Positions 56,038-64,000 of a DNA stretch of 64,000 nucleotides are shown piece by piece. Below the pieces are notes generated by a model, which was not told where the DNA came from, did not search any database, and saw only the letters and a list, made by a program, of their open reading frames with translations. The stretch lies in the NCBI GenBank assembly GCA_017483195.1, contig JAFULR010000016.1:73310-137309 (forward strand). The letters are read 5' to 3'. Source of the DNA: Clostridia bacterium (GTDB lineage: Bacteria > Bacillota > Clostridia > Oscillospirales > CAG-272). The position numbers were made by a program, and so were the translations under genes. Positions within the stretch are counted from its first letter, which is position 1, and every line of letters begins with the position of its first letter.

Positions 56038-57498
56038 TTGTCAAAGAAAGAAGATGTTTTGATGTTTTATTTGGCTTTTGCAATAGTTTTATCCGTCTCT
56101 TTGTTTTTGAGTATTCGCTTCCTCGGAAAAGAAGGTAAGAGCGCTCAATTTGATAAGCTTATGAGTGCTTCGACTATAGTATTCGTAGTGCTTTCTATGT
56201 TCGCGTTCTTTTTGCCCGATCTGTTTTGCTCGACCATTGGCGATGCCGCACTTGAGCTTCCTTGGGGGCGCTTCCACGCGATCCTTCGTTGGATAAACGG
56301 TATAAGCTTTGTGGTGCTTCCGATTGCGGTTTTTCAGAAAAACAAGTATTTTGAGAAGATCGCGAGCTATTGGTGCCTGCCGGTTGCGCTTTTCAACGTT
56401 ATTTTCTATTATCAGTACATATATTATTTTGTCAGAAAGCCCAACATAGGCGGCGGTTTTTATACGCTTGCATTCGCGTCTGAAGAATTCCGCGCGTTTC
56501 TTGTGAGCGTCCCCTTCAGAAGTGCTGTCTTTGGTCTTACTTGCCTTGCGCAAATACTTGCGCTTGCGCTTTTGACATATAAGAACAGAGAAAAGCTCAG
56601 AATTAAGAAGGACGAAATCAAAAATCTCATTCTCGTACTGTTGGGTGTTACTTATATCTCCCTTCCTGTGTACGTGGCACAGTTCTTCTTTGGACACGTG
56701 GGCATAGAGATGCAGAGGTTTACGGTTCCTCATATTATTTGGATGATTTCAATTCCCGTTATCATCGTGGCTATCTACTTCGGATTCAGAAAGAAGTCCT
56801 ATGAGACAAGATACCTGCTCGTTCTCGCGCTTTCCTGGGCGCTTATGTACCAGTTTACGCAGATGTTCGGAGCCGCAGCCGAGCTTAACGTGATGAAGCT
56901 TCCGCTCCAGCTTTGCAACCTCGGTTCATATCTCTGCCTTGCAATGCTTTTGCGCAGAAATGAAAAGATATATCACTTTGCGCTCATCGTAAATGTTGTC
57001 GGTGCGCTTATTGCCATAATCATTCTTGACATTGTGAAAAAGGATTCCGCGCTAACTCACTTTTTTGTAATTCACTATATAGTTGAGCATACGAAGGTGT
57101 TGATTATCCCGATTCTCTGCCTTGTCCTCAAGGTGTTCAAACCGCTTGATCTTAGATCGCTCAAGCATTTCTCGGTAGGATTTACTGTCTATTGGGCATT
57201 TATCCTTGTTCTCGGAACACTCTCAAACGGATTTAAGAGAATGCCTCAGTTTTCAAATATCAATTCGTTCTTTACAGCTAATCATCTGTTTATGTTTGAT
57301 AAGGACACAGCACGCGGTCTTGTCGGATTTACCGATCCGCTTTTTGAAAATTGTGTGATCAAAATAGGCTACTTCGAGTTATATCCTCTCGTTCAAGGAC
57401 TCGTGTATGTGGCTTTTATGGCTTTGTGTGTTGGGGTGTTCTTCATTTTCTATGGCTTGACTGCAAAGCAGAGAAGGGCAGCAAAAGGAGAAATTTGA
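56038..57498 (+). CDS. polytopic membrane protein, C-terminal half YwaF/TIGR02206-like
   Basis: About 12 TM segments. The LPLQLCNLGSY motif in the C-terminal half resembles the YwaF family. Start uncertain (TTG 56038 or ATG 56062). Promoter TTGACA-17-TACAAT at 55993-56021. Confidence 0.55.
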   Translation: MSKKEDVLMFYLAFAIVLSVSLFLSIRFLGKEGKSAQFDKLMSASTIVFVVLSMFAFFLPDLFCSTIGDAALELPWGRFHAILRWINGISFVVLPIAVFQKNKYFEKIASYWCLPVALFNVIFYYQYIYYFVRKPNIGGGFYTLAFASEEFRAFLVSVPFRSAVFGLTCLAQILALALLTYKNREKLRIKKDEIKNLILVLLGVTYISLPVYVAQFFFGHVGIEMQRFTVPHIIWMISIPVIIVAIYFGFRKKSYETRYLLVLALSWALMYQFTQMFGAAAELNVMKLPLQLCNLGSYLCLAMLLRRNEKIYHFALIVNVVGALIAIIILDIVKKDSALTHFFVIHYIVEHTKVLIIPILCLVLKVFKPLDLRSLKHFSVGFTVYWAFILVLGTLSNGFKRMPQFSNINSFFTANHLFMFDKDTARGLVGFTDPLFENCVIKIGYFELYPLVQGLVYVAFMALCVGVFFIFYGLTAKQRRAAKGEI

Positions 57499-57514
57499 TA
57501 TTTTGATAAAAACG

Positions 57515-57545
57515 AAAGCTCATCTGCGGATGGGCTTTTTGCTTT
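57515..57545 (+). terminator. intrinsic terminator
   Basis: AAAGCTCATC-TGCG-GATGGGCTTT followed by TTGCTTT. Confidence 0.7.
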
Positions 57546-57589
57546 GTTGAAAAATAATGAAAAATTTAGAAAAAATATTAAAAAATCTC

Positions 57590-57618
57590 TTGACAAATGG
57601 GAATTTTAGGTATATAAT
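57590..57618 (+). promoter_or_regulatory. consensus sigma-A promoter of feoAB
   Basis: TTGACA (57590-57595), 17-nt spacer, TATAAT (57613-57618), with an A/T-rich upstream region. Confidence 0.7.
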
Positions 57619-57625
57619 AGCCCAC

Positions 57626-57643
57626 AGTTAGCATAGGCTAACT
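57626..57643. promoter_or_regulatory. palindromic operator 1 (AGTTAGC-ATAG-GCTAACT), DtxR/IdeR-like
   Basis: 18-bp dyad starting 8 nt after the -10 hexamer. The 17-nt AGTTAGCATAGGCTAAC recurs at 57921-57937. Confidence 0.6.
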
Positions 57644-57672
57644 AATGAAGCGGAGCGAAAGGAGACAGTACT

Positions 57673-57891
57673 ATGACACTTAAAAATGCGGAGCTTGGAA
57701 AAGAATACGTGATCAAGAGCATCGTTACGAATGACGAGGAGCTTGATGCTTTTTTGTTCTCGCTCGGCTGCTACAGCGGAGAGCGCATAACCGTGGTATC
57801 TGCGCGCCGCGGAGGATGTGTCGTTTCTATTAAGGATGCGCGCTACAATATAGACCTTCAGTTGGCAGATGCCATTGAGGTCGAGGAATAA
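57673..57891 (+). CDS. feoA: FeoA-family protein
   Basis: 72 aa, SH3-like FeoA sequence, directly upstream of feoB. Confidence 0.85.
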   Translation: MTLKNAELGKEYVIKSIVTNDEELDAFLFSLGCYSGERITVVSARRGGCVVSIKDARYNIDLQLADAIEVEE

Positions 57892-57920
57892 AAGGGAATA
57901 CCTTTTATTTTTTGGAAGCG

Positions 57921-57937
57921 AGTTAGCATAGGCTAAC
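57921..57937. promoter_or_regulatory. palindromic operator 2, identical core to operator 1
   Basis: AGTTAGCATAGGCTAAC lies between the feoA stop and the feoB RBS. Confidence 0.55.
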
Positions 57938-57990
57938 CGTAAATATTGATCAGTTTAAAAATTAGTTTATATAAATCGGAGGAAAAATCT

Positions 57991-60012
57991 ATGAGAATTG
58001 CCTTAACGGGTAACCCGAACTCTGGCAAGACCACAATGTACAACGCGCTCACCGGCAGAAACGAAAAGGTCGGAAACTGGGCGGGCGTTACGGTTGACAA
58101 AAAGGAGCATCAAATAAAAAGCGTATATACGGGCGGCAAGGAGCTTATTGCCGTTGACCTTCCCGGCGCGTATTCTATGTCACCCTTTACTAACGAGGAG
58201 AGCGTAACGAGCGACTACGTAAAGAACGAAAGCCCCGACGTTATCATCAATATCGTTGACGCGTCTAATCTTTCAAGAAGCCTTTTCTTCACTACTCAGC
58301 TCCTTGAGCTTGGTATTCCCGTTGTTGTTGCGCTTAATAAGAGCGACGTGAACGAGAAGAAGGAAACTAAGATCGACGTTGAGCTTCTCTCGAAAAAGCT
58401 CGGATGTCCCATCGTGAATACCGTTTCAACGAGCGGAGAGGGACTTAAGGAGCTTATCTCGACCGCGGCATCCTGCGCAGGTAAGGTGCAGACTGCTCCT
58501 TATAAAGAGGGTAAGATTGACCTCACGAGCAAGGATTCCGTAATTGCGGCTGATAGAAAGAGATTTGATTTTGTAAATAAGATAGTAAAAGATGTCGAGG
58601 AAAGAAAGGTGCTTACAAGGGACGTCAGCCTTTCCGACAAGATAGACGATATTCTTACTAACAAATGGCTCGGAATACCGATCTTCGCGCTTGTAATGTT
58701 CCTTGTGTTCTACATTTCACAGTCAACACTCGGTGCGTGGATCGCAGACGGTGTTGAGATCGGAGAAACGTTCATTCCGGGACTTGTTCCGCTTCTTGAG
58801 ACCTTCCAGGGCTTTGTGGGAGAGCTTCTCACCGCGGCGGGAGCTAACGAGCTTCTTCTTGCGATACTCGTTGACGGTGTTATCGGCGGCGTGGTCGCGG
58901 TAGTAGGATTTCTTCCTCTTGTAATGGTTATGTATTTCCTTATCGCTCTTCTTGAGGATTGCGGATATATGAGCCGCGTTGCGGTAGTTCTCGATCCTAT
59001 TTTCAAGAGAGTCGGTCTTTCCGGTAAGTCGGTAATTCCTTTCGTTATCACGGTAGGATGTGCGGTTCCCGGTGTTATGGCAAGCCGTACCATCAAGAAT
59101 GAGCGCGAAAGACGTGCAACGGCAATGCTTGCGCCCTTTATGCCCTGCGGCGCGAAGATCCCCGTAATTTCGCTTTTTGCGGGTGCATTCTTTGATAATG
59201 CTTGGTGGGTGAGCGCGCTTATGTACTTCTGCGGAATTGCCATCATATTCCTCGGCGCGCTTTTGGTAAATAAGATCACGGGTCACAAGGCTCGCAAATC
59301 CTTCTTTATCATTGAGCTTCCCGAATACAAAATGCCCTCCTTCTGGGGCGCATTCAAATCGATGTGTGCTCGCGGATGGTCTTACATAGTTAAGGCGGCA
59401 ACCATCATTTTGCTTTGCAATATGGCGGTTCAGATCATGCAGACGTTTGATTGGAGCTTTAATGTTGCAGAGAGTGCAGATACTTCTATTCTCGCGTCCA
59501 TCGCAGAACCCTTTGCATATATTCTTGTACCCGTTGTCGGAGTTCTTTCTTGGGAGCTTGCCGCAGCGGCTATCACGGGATTTATCGCAAAGGAGAACGT
59601 TGTCGGAACGCTTGCCGTTTGCTTCGTCGGTCTCGAGAACCTCATTGATACTGAGGAGCTTGAGATGATGGAGGGTGCGGGTGCTGAGGTTGCGGGAATA
59701 CTTGCAATCACCAAGGTTGCGGCTCTTGCATATCTTATGTTCAATCTTTTCACACCTCCTTGCTTTGCGGCAATAGGCGCTATGAATGCTGAGATGAAAA
59801 GCTCAAAGTGGCTTTGGGGCGGTATCGGACTTCAGCTTGGAGTGGGCTATACTGTATCTTATCTCGTATATACCGTCGGTACGCTTCTTACAAAGCCCTC
59901 GCTTCTCAGCATACCTGTTGCAATAGTCGGCGGTATTATAGTCGCTGCTTTCGTAGGTATCATCTGCGGACTTATTCACAACACCAACAAAAAGCTTAAG
60001 GCAAGATCATAG
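57991..60012 (+). CDS. feoB: ferrous iron transporter FeoB
   Basis: N-terminal G domain (GNPNSGKTT, DLPG, NKSD) plus a polytopic permease domain. ATG 57991 follows GGAGGA; the track ORF starts at 57946. Confidence 0.93.
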   Translation: MRIALTGNPNSGKTTMYNALTGRNEKVGNWAGVTVDKKEHQIKSVYTGGKELIAVDLPGAYSMSPFTNEESVTSDYVKNESPDVIINIVDASNLSRSLFFTTQLLELGIPVVVALNKSDVNEKKETKIDVELLSKKLGCPIVNTVSTSGEGLKELISTAASCAGKVQTAPYKEGKIDLTSKDSVIAADRKRFDFVNKIVKDVEERKVLTRDVSLSDKIDDILTNKWLGIPIFALVMFLVFYISQSTLGAWIADGVEIGETFIPGLVPLLETFQGFVGELLTAAGANELLLAILVDGVIGGVVAVVGFLPLVMVMYFLIALLEDCGYMSRVAVVLDPIFKRVGLSGKSVIPFVITVGCAVPGVMASRTIKNERERRATAMLAPFMPCGAKIPVISLFAGAFFDNAWWVSALMYFCGIAIIFLGALLVNKITGHKARKSFFIIELPEYKMPSFWGAFKSMCARGWSYIVKAATIILLCNMAVQIMQTFDWSFNVAESADTSILASIAEPFAYILVPVVGVLSWELAAAAITGFIAKENVVGTLAVCFVGLENLIDTEELEMMEGAGAEVAGILAITKVAALAYLMFNLFTPPCFAAIGAMNAEMKSSKWLWGGIGLQLGVGYTVSYLVYTVGTLLTKPSLLSIPVAIVGGIIVAAFVGIICGLIHNTNKKLKARS

Positions 60013-60041
60013 AAAGCAATTGAAATAGATAGTGGCAACTC

Positions 60042-60070
60042 TTGACAGAGCTTTGCGGCTGTGATACAAT
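60042..60070 (+). promoter_or_regulatory. sigma-A type promoter
   Basis: TTGACA (60042-60047), 17-nt spacer, TACAAT (60065-60070), with a TG-extended -10. Confidence 0.6.
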
Positions 60071-60094
60071 ATAAAAAAACACAGGAGAGCAGAT

Positions 60095-60388
60095 ATGGAA
60101 AAGAATAAGAAAAAATGGAGCGACGAGCCGCTTCCCAATAAGATCGTTACGGTTATTTCTGTAGTTATTGCATTGGCAGTTATCGTGCTCGCTATTTTGC
60201 AGATATTCAACGTGTGGAGTTTTGCTATTGATATCATTATTCCGTTGATGGGCTTGAACCTGCTCTGCCAGACGTATATAATGTGGAATCACAGCAGAAA
60301 GGCAGCATATTTTAATCTTGCCTGCGCTATCTTCGTTTTCATTTGCTCACTGTTTGTTTTACTTACGAAATATTATTTTAAGATATGA
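60095..60388 (+). CDS. small three-TM membrane protein, unknown function
   Basis: 97 aa with RBS AGGAGA. Its stop overlaps the next start (ATGA). Confidence 0.5.
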   Translation: MEKNKKKWSDEPLPNKIVTVISVVIALAVIVLAILQIFNVWSFAIDIIIPLMGLNLLCQTYIMWNHSRKAAYFNLACAIFVFICSLFVLLTKYYFKI

Positions 60389-60537
60389 AACCAATTGATA
60401 TTATTATAATTTTAGCTCTGGCGGCGATAGCTCTCGGCATCATCCTCTATATCCGAAAGGAAAAGAAAAAGGGTAGCAAATGCGTGGGCTGTCCCTACGG
60501 AAAGAGCTGCTCGGGCAATTGCTCGGAAAAGAAATAA
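60385..60537 (+). CDS. FeoB-associated Cys-rich membrane peptide
   Basis: Not in the ORF track because it is under 60 aa. Translates to MKPIDIIIILALAAIALGIILYIRKEKKKGSKCVGCPYGKSCSGNCSEKK: one TM helix plus C-x2-C...C-x3-C. A terminator follows. Confidence 0.6.
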   Translation: MKPIDIIIILALAAIALGIILYIRKEKKKGSKCVGCPYGKSCSGNCSEKK

Positions 60538-60566
60538 GCAAAAAAAGATAAATACAAATCCAAATA

Positions 60567-60597
60567 AAAAAGCCGCGGAGCGATCCGCGGCTTTTTG
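60567..60597. terminator. bidirectional intrinsic terminator
   Basis: AAAAGCCGCGGA-GCGA-TCCGCGGCTTTT. Confidence 0.85.
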
Positions 60598-60605
60598 CGT
60601 GTGTT

Positions 60606-61274
60606 TTATTTAAAGAGTATTCCGCCAACGTCGGTGAGCGGAGCATCGTAAAGCTCAACTACGCGCTTTCCGTATTTTTCGATAAAAGCGCGGATGCGCT
60701 CGCCGTCGGGGTGATATTCAAGAGAGCCGCAGAAATAGACCGCGTCATCCGTTACACCCGACGCACCGCCTATAAACCCGTAACCGTAGGGCGGAAGGGA
60801 AATGCTCCCCGCAGCGATCAAAAGCGCATCGATCCCGATCTCACAAGCGGCGGTATAAATACCATCGTCAGCGGTTATTATCGCTTTGTCGCTCACTATA
60901 CAGGTCGAGCAATGCGCATAGCCCTGCGCGACGCGGTGGATGGTATAGCCGTTATCTTCAAGATATTTCAAAACGGTTTTTGACGCGCGCTTTACGTTGC
61001 AGAACGCGTGCGAGCCCACCACGGCGATATTTAAAGGAACATCGTTCGGATATTTTGCGCCCATGGGCTCGCTGATGCTTTCAAATTCACCGTCAATTAA
61101 ATAATCCTCGTGCTTGAAGATCTTACCGTTCACGTCCAAAAGCAGCATATCCGCGTGCGTGTCAGTAGGATGATCGAGCGCAGAAAAGGGAGCAAGTAAT
61201 CTAACTTCAAAATTATCTTGCTTGAGAGCTTCTGTTATTTTGCTGTCTGCATTTTGACTGATGTATGCGAGCAT
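60606..61274 (-). CDS. hypothetical cytoplasmic protein (possibly a guanidino-group-modifying-enzyme-like fold)
   Basis: 222-aa ORF with coding-like composition. No motif I can assign with certainty. Confidence 0.5.
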   Translation of the reverse strand: MLAYISQNADSKITEALKQDNFEVRLLAPFSALDHPTDTHADMLLLDVNGKIFKHEDYLIDGEFESISEPMGAKYPNDVPLNIAVVGSHAFCNVKRASKTVLKYLEDNGYTIHRVAQGYAHCSTCIVSDKAIITADDGIYTAACEIGIDALLIAAGSISLPPYGYGFIGGASGVTDDAVYFCGSLEYHPDGERIRAFIEKYGKRVVELYDAPLTDVGGILFK

Positions 61275-61293
61275 TTTTGACTCCTATGGATAA

Positions 61294-61327
61294 ATAAAAA
61301 GGGCAGACTCGAAAAAATCGGTCTGCC
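61294..61327 (-). terminator. intrinsic terminator of rpmB
   Basis: Minus strand: GGCAGAC...GTCTGCC stem followed by CTTTTTATTTA. Confidence 0.7.
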
Positions 61328-61353
61328 AAGCTTTTTACGCTAAATTTTAATAA

Positions 61354-61539
61354 TTAAGCACGGTTAATTTTGCCTGAACGAAGGCAACGAGAGCAAACTG
61401 CAACAGTAACGGGAGTGCCGTTAACGATTGCCTTTACCTTTCTGATGTTGGGCTTCCAGGTTCTGTTTGTCTTGCGGTTAGAGTGAGAAACGTTCTGACC
61501 GAAAACAACGCCTTTTCCACAAACACTGCATTTTGCCAT
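61354..61539 (-). CDS. rpmB: 50S ribosomal protein L28
   Basis: 61 aa. MAKCSVCGKG...SHSNRKTNRTWKPN is a canonical L28 sequence. Confidence 0.93.
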   Translation of the reverse strand: MAKCSVCGKGVVFGQNVSHSNRKTNRTWKPNIRKVKAIVNGTPVTVAVCSRCLRSGKINRA

Positions 61540-61671
61540 AATGACACCTCCTGATAAAGCGTAAAAATACGCCCGAAATTACATAATAGTTCACGAACAG
61601 TAGATATTATATCATACAAAAAACCAAAATGCAAGAGATTTTGAAAAAAATATTTAAAAATTATTCTTTTT

Positions 61672-62982
61672 TTATTGCGATTCGTGGTGTTTTTTGTTGT
61701 ACGGTGGCAGGTGGATGCCATATTCGGAATTAGCGCAAAGAGAGGACTCAATTCTCAATAGGCGGTTGTATTTTGCAACATGTTCACCGCGGCAGGGCGC
61801 GCCTGCTTTGATAAAGGGCGCGTTAAGAGCCACGGCTATATCGCAAAGTGTGGTATCCTCGGTCTCGCCCGAGCGGTGTGAAAGAATGAAGCTATATCCT
61901 GCGTCCCTTGCGATGCTCACAGTTTTCAGCGTTTCACTAAGTGTGCCTATCTGATTTGGCTTGATAAGGATGGCATTTGCTATTCCCATTTCAATTCCGT
62001 CGAACAATCGTGTGGGATTTGTGACAAAGAGGTCATCTCCAACAAGCATTATTTTGTTTCCGAGCCTTGCGGTAAGCTCAGCCCAGCCCTCAAAATCCTC
62101 TTCGGAGAGTCCGTCCTCGATGGAGATTATGGGATATCGCTCGCATAGACCTTCGTAATATGAAACAAGCTCCTCTGCGGTGTATTCGATATTTCGTTTC
62201 ATAGTGCGGTAGAGACCCTCATCAGCTCTGTACCACGCGCTTGAAGCAACGTCAAGGGCAATTTTTACGTCATTTAAGTTATAGGTGCTTCTGCCGATCG
62301 CCTCAACGAGAAGATCAAGTGCCTCCTCGTCATCGTGAAGATCGGGCGCATATCCTCCCTCGTCGCCAACGCCCACCGATAGGCCGCGCTCCTTTAAAAT
62401 GTTGCCGAGATTGTGATATATTTCACTTCCCATTTGCAGAGCGTGTGAAAAGCTCTCCGCACCTACGGGGACGATCATAAATTCCTGGATCTCAACGTTG
62501 TTTGAAGAGTGAGCTCCACCGTTAAGCACGTTGAACATTGGGCAGGGAAGTCTGCGCGCCAAAATTCCTGACAGGTATCTGTAAACGGGAACGTGATAGT
62601 AGTTTGCACTCGCTCTCGCACAGGCGAGGGAAACCGAAAGAGTTGCATTTGCTCCGAGATTTGACTTATTTTCGGTGCCGTCAAGCTCGCAAAGGATCTT
62701 GTCTATCTCTGCCTGATCTGTGGCATACATTCCGCAAAGGGCAGGTGAGATATGCTTGCAAACACTCGATACGGCTTCGTTAACTCCCTTGCCGTGGTAA
62801 CGTTCCTTTTCCGCGTCACGAAGCTCAAGGGCTTCATATTTTCCAACGGATGCTCCGGACGGAGCGGATGCAACTCCCACCGTACCGTCATCAAGCAATA
62901 TTGTTGCCTCCACCGTTGGATTTCCGCGTGAGTCGAGTATCTCACGAGCGCAGCATTTGATTATCTGTGGTTTTATTGACAT
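61672..62982 (-). CDS. eno: enolase (phosphopyruvate hydratase)
   Basis: 436 aa. ILDSRGNPTVE, SIEDGL, LVGDDLFVTNP, IKPNQIGT, SHRSGETED and AKYNRLLRIE are all present. Confidence 0.93.
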   Translation of the reverse strand: MSIKPQIIKCCAREILDSRGNPTVEATILLDDGTVGVASAPSGASVGKYEALELRDAEKERYHGKGVNEAVSSVCKHISPALCGMYATDQAEIDKILCELDGTENKSNLGANATLSVSLACARASANYYHVPVYRYLSGILARRLPCPMFNVLNGGAHSSNNVEIQEFMIVPVGAESFSHALQMGSEIYHNLGNILKERGLSVGVGDEGGYAPDLHDDEEALDLLVEAIGRSTYNLNDVKIALDVASSAWYRADEGLYRTMKRNIEYTAEELVSYYEGLCERYPIISIEDGLSEEDFEGWAELTARLGNKIMLVGDDLFVTNPTRLFDGIEMGIANAILIKPNQIGTLSETLKTVSIARDAGYSFILSHRSGETEDTTLCDIAVALNAPFIKAGAPCRGEHVAKYNRLLRIESSLCANSEYGIHLPPYNKKHHESQ

Positions 62983-63019
62983 ATTTTTTGCTCCTTTTTT
63001 AGATTATGTAATGTGGAAT

Positions 63020-63314
63020 AATTGGGGTTTAGCGGGAAATTAAAAAGTAAGTTTATTTGTGCAACAGGAACTCCCTCACCGCCTACGGCGGAGCTCCCTC
63101 TGCGGAAGGAGCCTATTTAAGATGACCTTTCACAATTAGCTGTACAACTTAAATTGTTTGATGCTATATGGTTTTTAAATACTTTATGGCTACATAAGGA
63201 GGAACATCTTACCGAGGCTCCTTCCGCAGAGGGAGCTGTCATTTTCCTTGGAAAATGACTGAGGGAGTTCCCCTTTTTTAAGAAAACCAACTTTCCAATA
63301 AATCAAGATTTGAA
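63020..63314 (+). repeat. mosaic repeat family member hosting a nested DUF559-type TIR element
   Basis: Left end AATTGGGGTTTAGCGGG (63020-63036) and right end CCAATAAATCAAGATTTGAA (63295-63314), the same termini as copies B and C. The interior is replaced by 63067-63271. Confidence 0.7.
63067..63271 (-). mobile_element. gene-less (MITE-like) derivative of the DUF559 cassette
   Basis: 63067-63114 is identical (48/48) to 6844-6891. The right TIR 63206-63271 matches 7369-7423 apart from one swapped hairpin. The subterminal ACTTTATGGCTACA is shared with 7344-7357. No ORF inside. Confidence 0.75.
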
Positions 63315-63324
63315 ATTTTAATAC

Positions 63325-63359
63325 AAAAAAGCGCATAACAGTACGTAACTATTATGCGC
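63325..63359 (-). terminator. intrinsic terminator of the downstream-most minus-strand gene
   Basis: Minus strand: GCGCATAA...TTATGCGC stem followed by TTTTTT. Confidence 0.75.
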
Positions 63360-63378
63360 ATATTTTGTTATGAAAATT

Positions 63379-64000
63379 CTATTTCTTGGAATTTGGATTC
63401 AGCAAATTATAGAGCTTTGGAATTGCGGGAGAAAAATCGCAGTATCTGTCAATGATCTTTCCGAAAAATCCGATAAGCACGGAATTCAAAAACGCGGCTA
63501 TCACCGTGAGTGCGCCGATCATATCGAAACGGAACTCTCCAAGAAGCAAAAGCATCATTGCTATGGATATGGCAAGCATCGATCCGTCGAAAAAGAGCTT
63601 CATTTTGCTAAGATCAATCCCCTTTGACTCCGCCACCTCTTTAACGAAGATCTCATATGCGGACGGTGGAATGTAGGTTCTAAGCATAAGAGCTATTGCA
63701 AATCCCGTGATGAGTGTGCCTATTGCGGCAACGAGTATTCTTGATACGATGCTTACGGGAGTTATCGAAGAAAGCAGAGAGTTAACTATATCGAAGCAGG
63801 CTCCGTAAAAAAGTATGTTACAGATCGTAGCGATAAATTTTCCCTTGAATTTGCCGATCAGTATGCAGCACAGAGTAAGTAAAAAGCCCTGAATTATGTA
63901 TTCGCACACACCAACGGTCAAAAAGCCTATTTTTTCATGCATAATAAAAGCGGGCGCGATGATTGCGGAAAGTCCGAACGCGCTCTTGGAAACGAGGCAG
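63379..64000 (-). CDS. polytopic membrane protein (YczE/DUF6198-like), N-terminus outside the window
   Basis: The reading frame stays open through nt 64000, upstream of the track ATG at 63942. Five or more TM helices. The family assignment is tentative. Confidence 0.6.
   Translation of the reverse strand, partial: CLVSKSAFGLSAIIAPAFIMHEKIGFLTVGVCEYIIQGFLLTLCCILIGKFKGKFIATICNILFYGACFDIVNSLLSSITPVSIVSRILVAAIGTLITGFAIALMLRTYIPPSAYEIFVKEVAESKGIDLSKMKLFFDGSMLAISIAMMLLLLGEFRFDMIGALTVIAAFLNSVLIGFFGKIIDRYCDFSPAIPKLYNLLNPNSKK

Noticed and set aside
57545-57590. Possible Fur box in the A/T-rich region upstream of the feoAB promoter (AAATAATGAAAAATTTAGAA)
   Set aside because: It is only a loose match to GATAATGATAATCATTATC and lacks clear 7-1-7 dyad symmetry. 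It more likely reflects an UP-element-like A/T tract. The duplicated GTTAGC/GCTAAC palindrome is the better operator candidate.
61672-62982. Enolase unlinked from pgk-tpiA, with the unusual local sequence CRGEHVAKYN and a 20-aa C-terminal extension; possible non-canonical paralog
   Set aside because: All metal-binding and catalytic residues I can place (SIEDG, GDD, KPNQ, SHRSGE, AKYN) are conserved. Without the rest of the genome I cannot tell whether a second eno exists.

Overview
This is a chromosomal, mostly housekeeping segment of a spore-forming Firmicute. The gene content looks Clostridia-like: spoIVA, yqfC-yqfD, a ylbJ-like gene and an IspH-S1 fusion. I call about 58 protein-coding genes on both strands. 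They include asnS, tyrS (with a Tyr T-box leader), metG, the yqfC-yqfD-phoH-ybeY-era-recO cluster, mutS2, prs, murE, cmk-plsC-ispH/S1, pgk-tpiA and rbfA with a DHH phosphoesterase. Also present are yajC, rimM-trmD, uvrC-rsmD-coaD, spoIVA, feoAB, rpmB and eno. Less ordinary genes are two predicted surface lipoproteins (a Cys/His-module protein with 111-bp tandem repeats, and a BspA-type LRR protein) and a trio of one O-antigen-ligase-like gene plus two DUF4330-like genes. I recognised no rRNA, tRNA, CRISPR array, prophage or classical transposase. The unusual signal is intergenic. (i) A 580-bp cassette with ~55-bp terminal inverted repeats carries a DUF559 (Vsr-like endonuclease fold) gene. It is inserted between the tyrS T-box terminator and the tyrS start codon, and a gene-less 205-bp derivative lies upstream of eno. 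(ii) At least seven copies of a hairpin-rich, dyad-symmetric mosaic repeat family fill intergenic regions. They range from 53 bp to ~530 bp, with two full copies of 424 and 423 bp, and one copy hosts the gene-less DUF559-type element. Together these resemble a REPIN/MITE-like repeat system whose mobilising enzyme could be the DUF559 nuclease, but that link is inference only. All calls come from reading the sequence and the ORF translations. No database search or folding program was run, so family names are from memory of conserved motifs.
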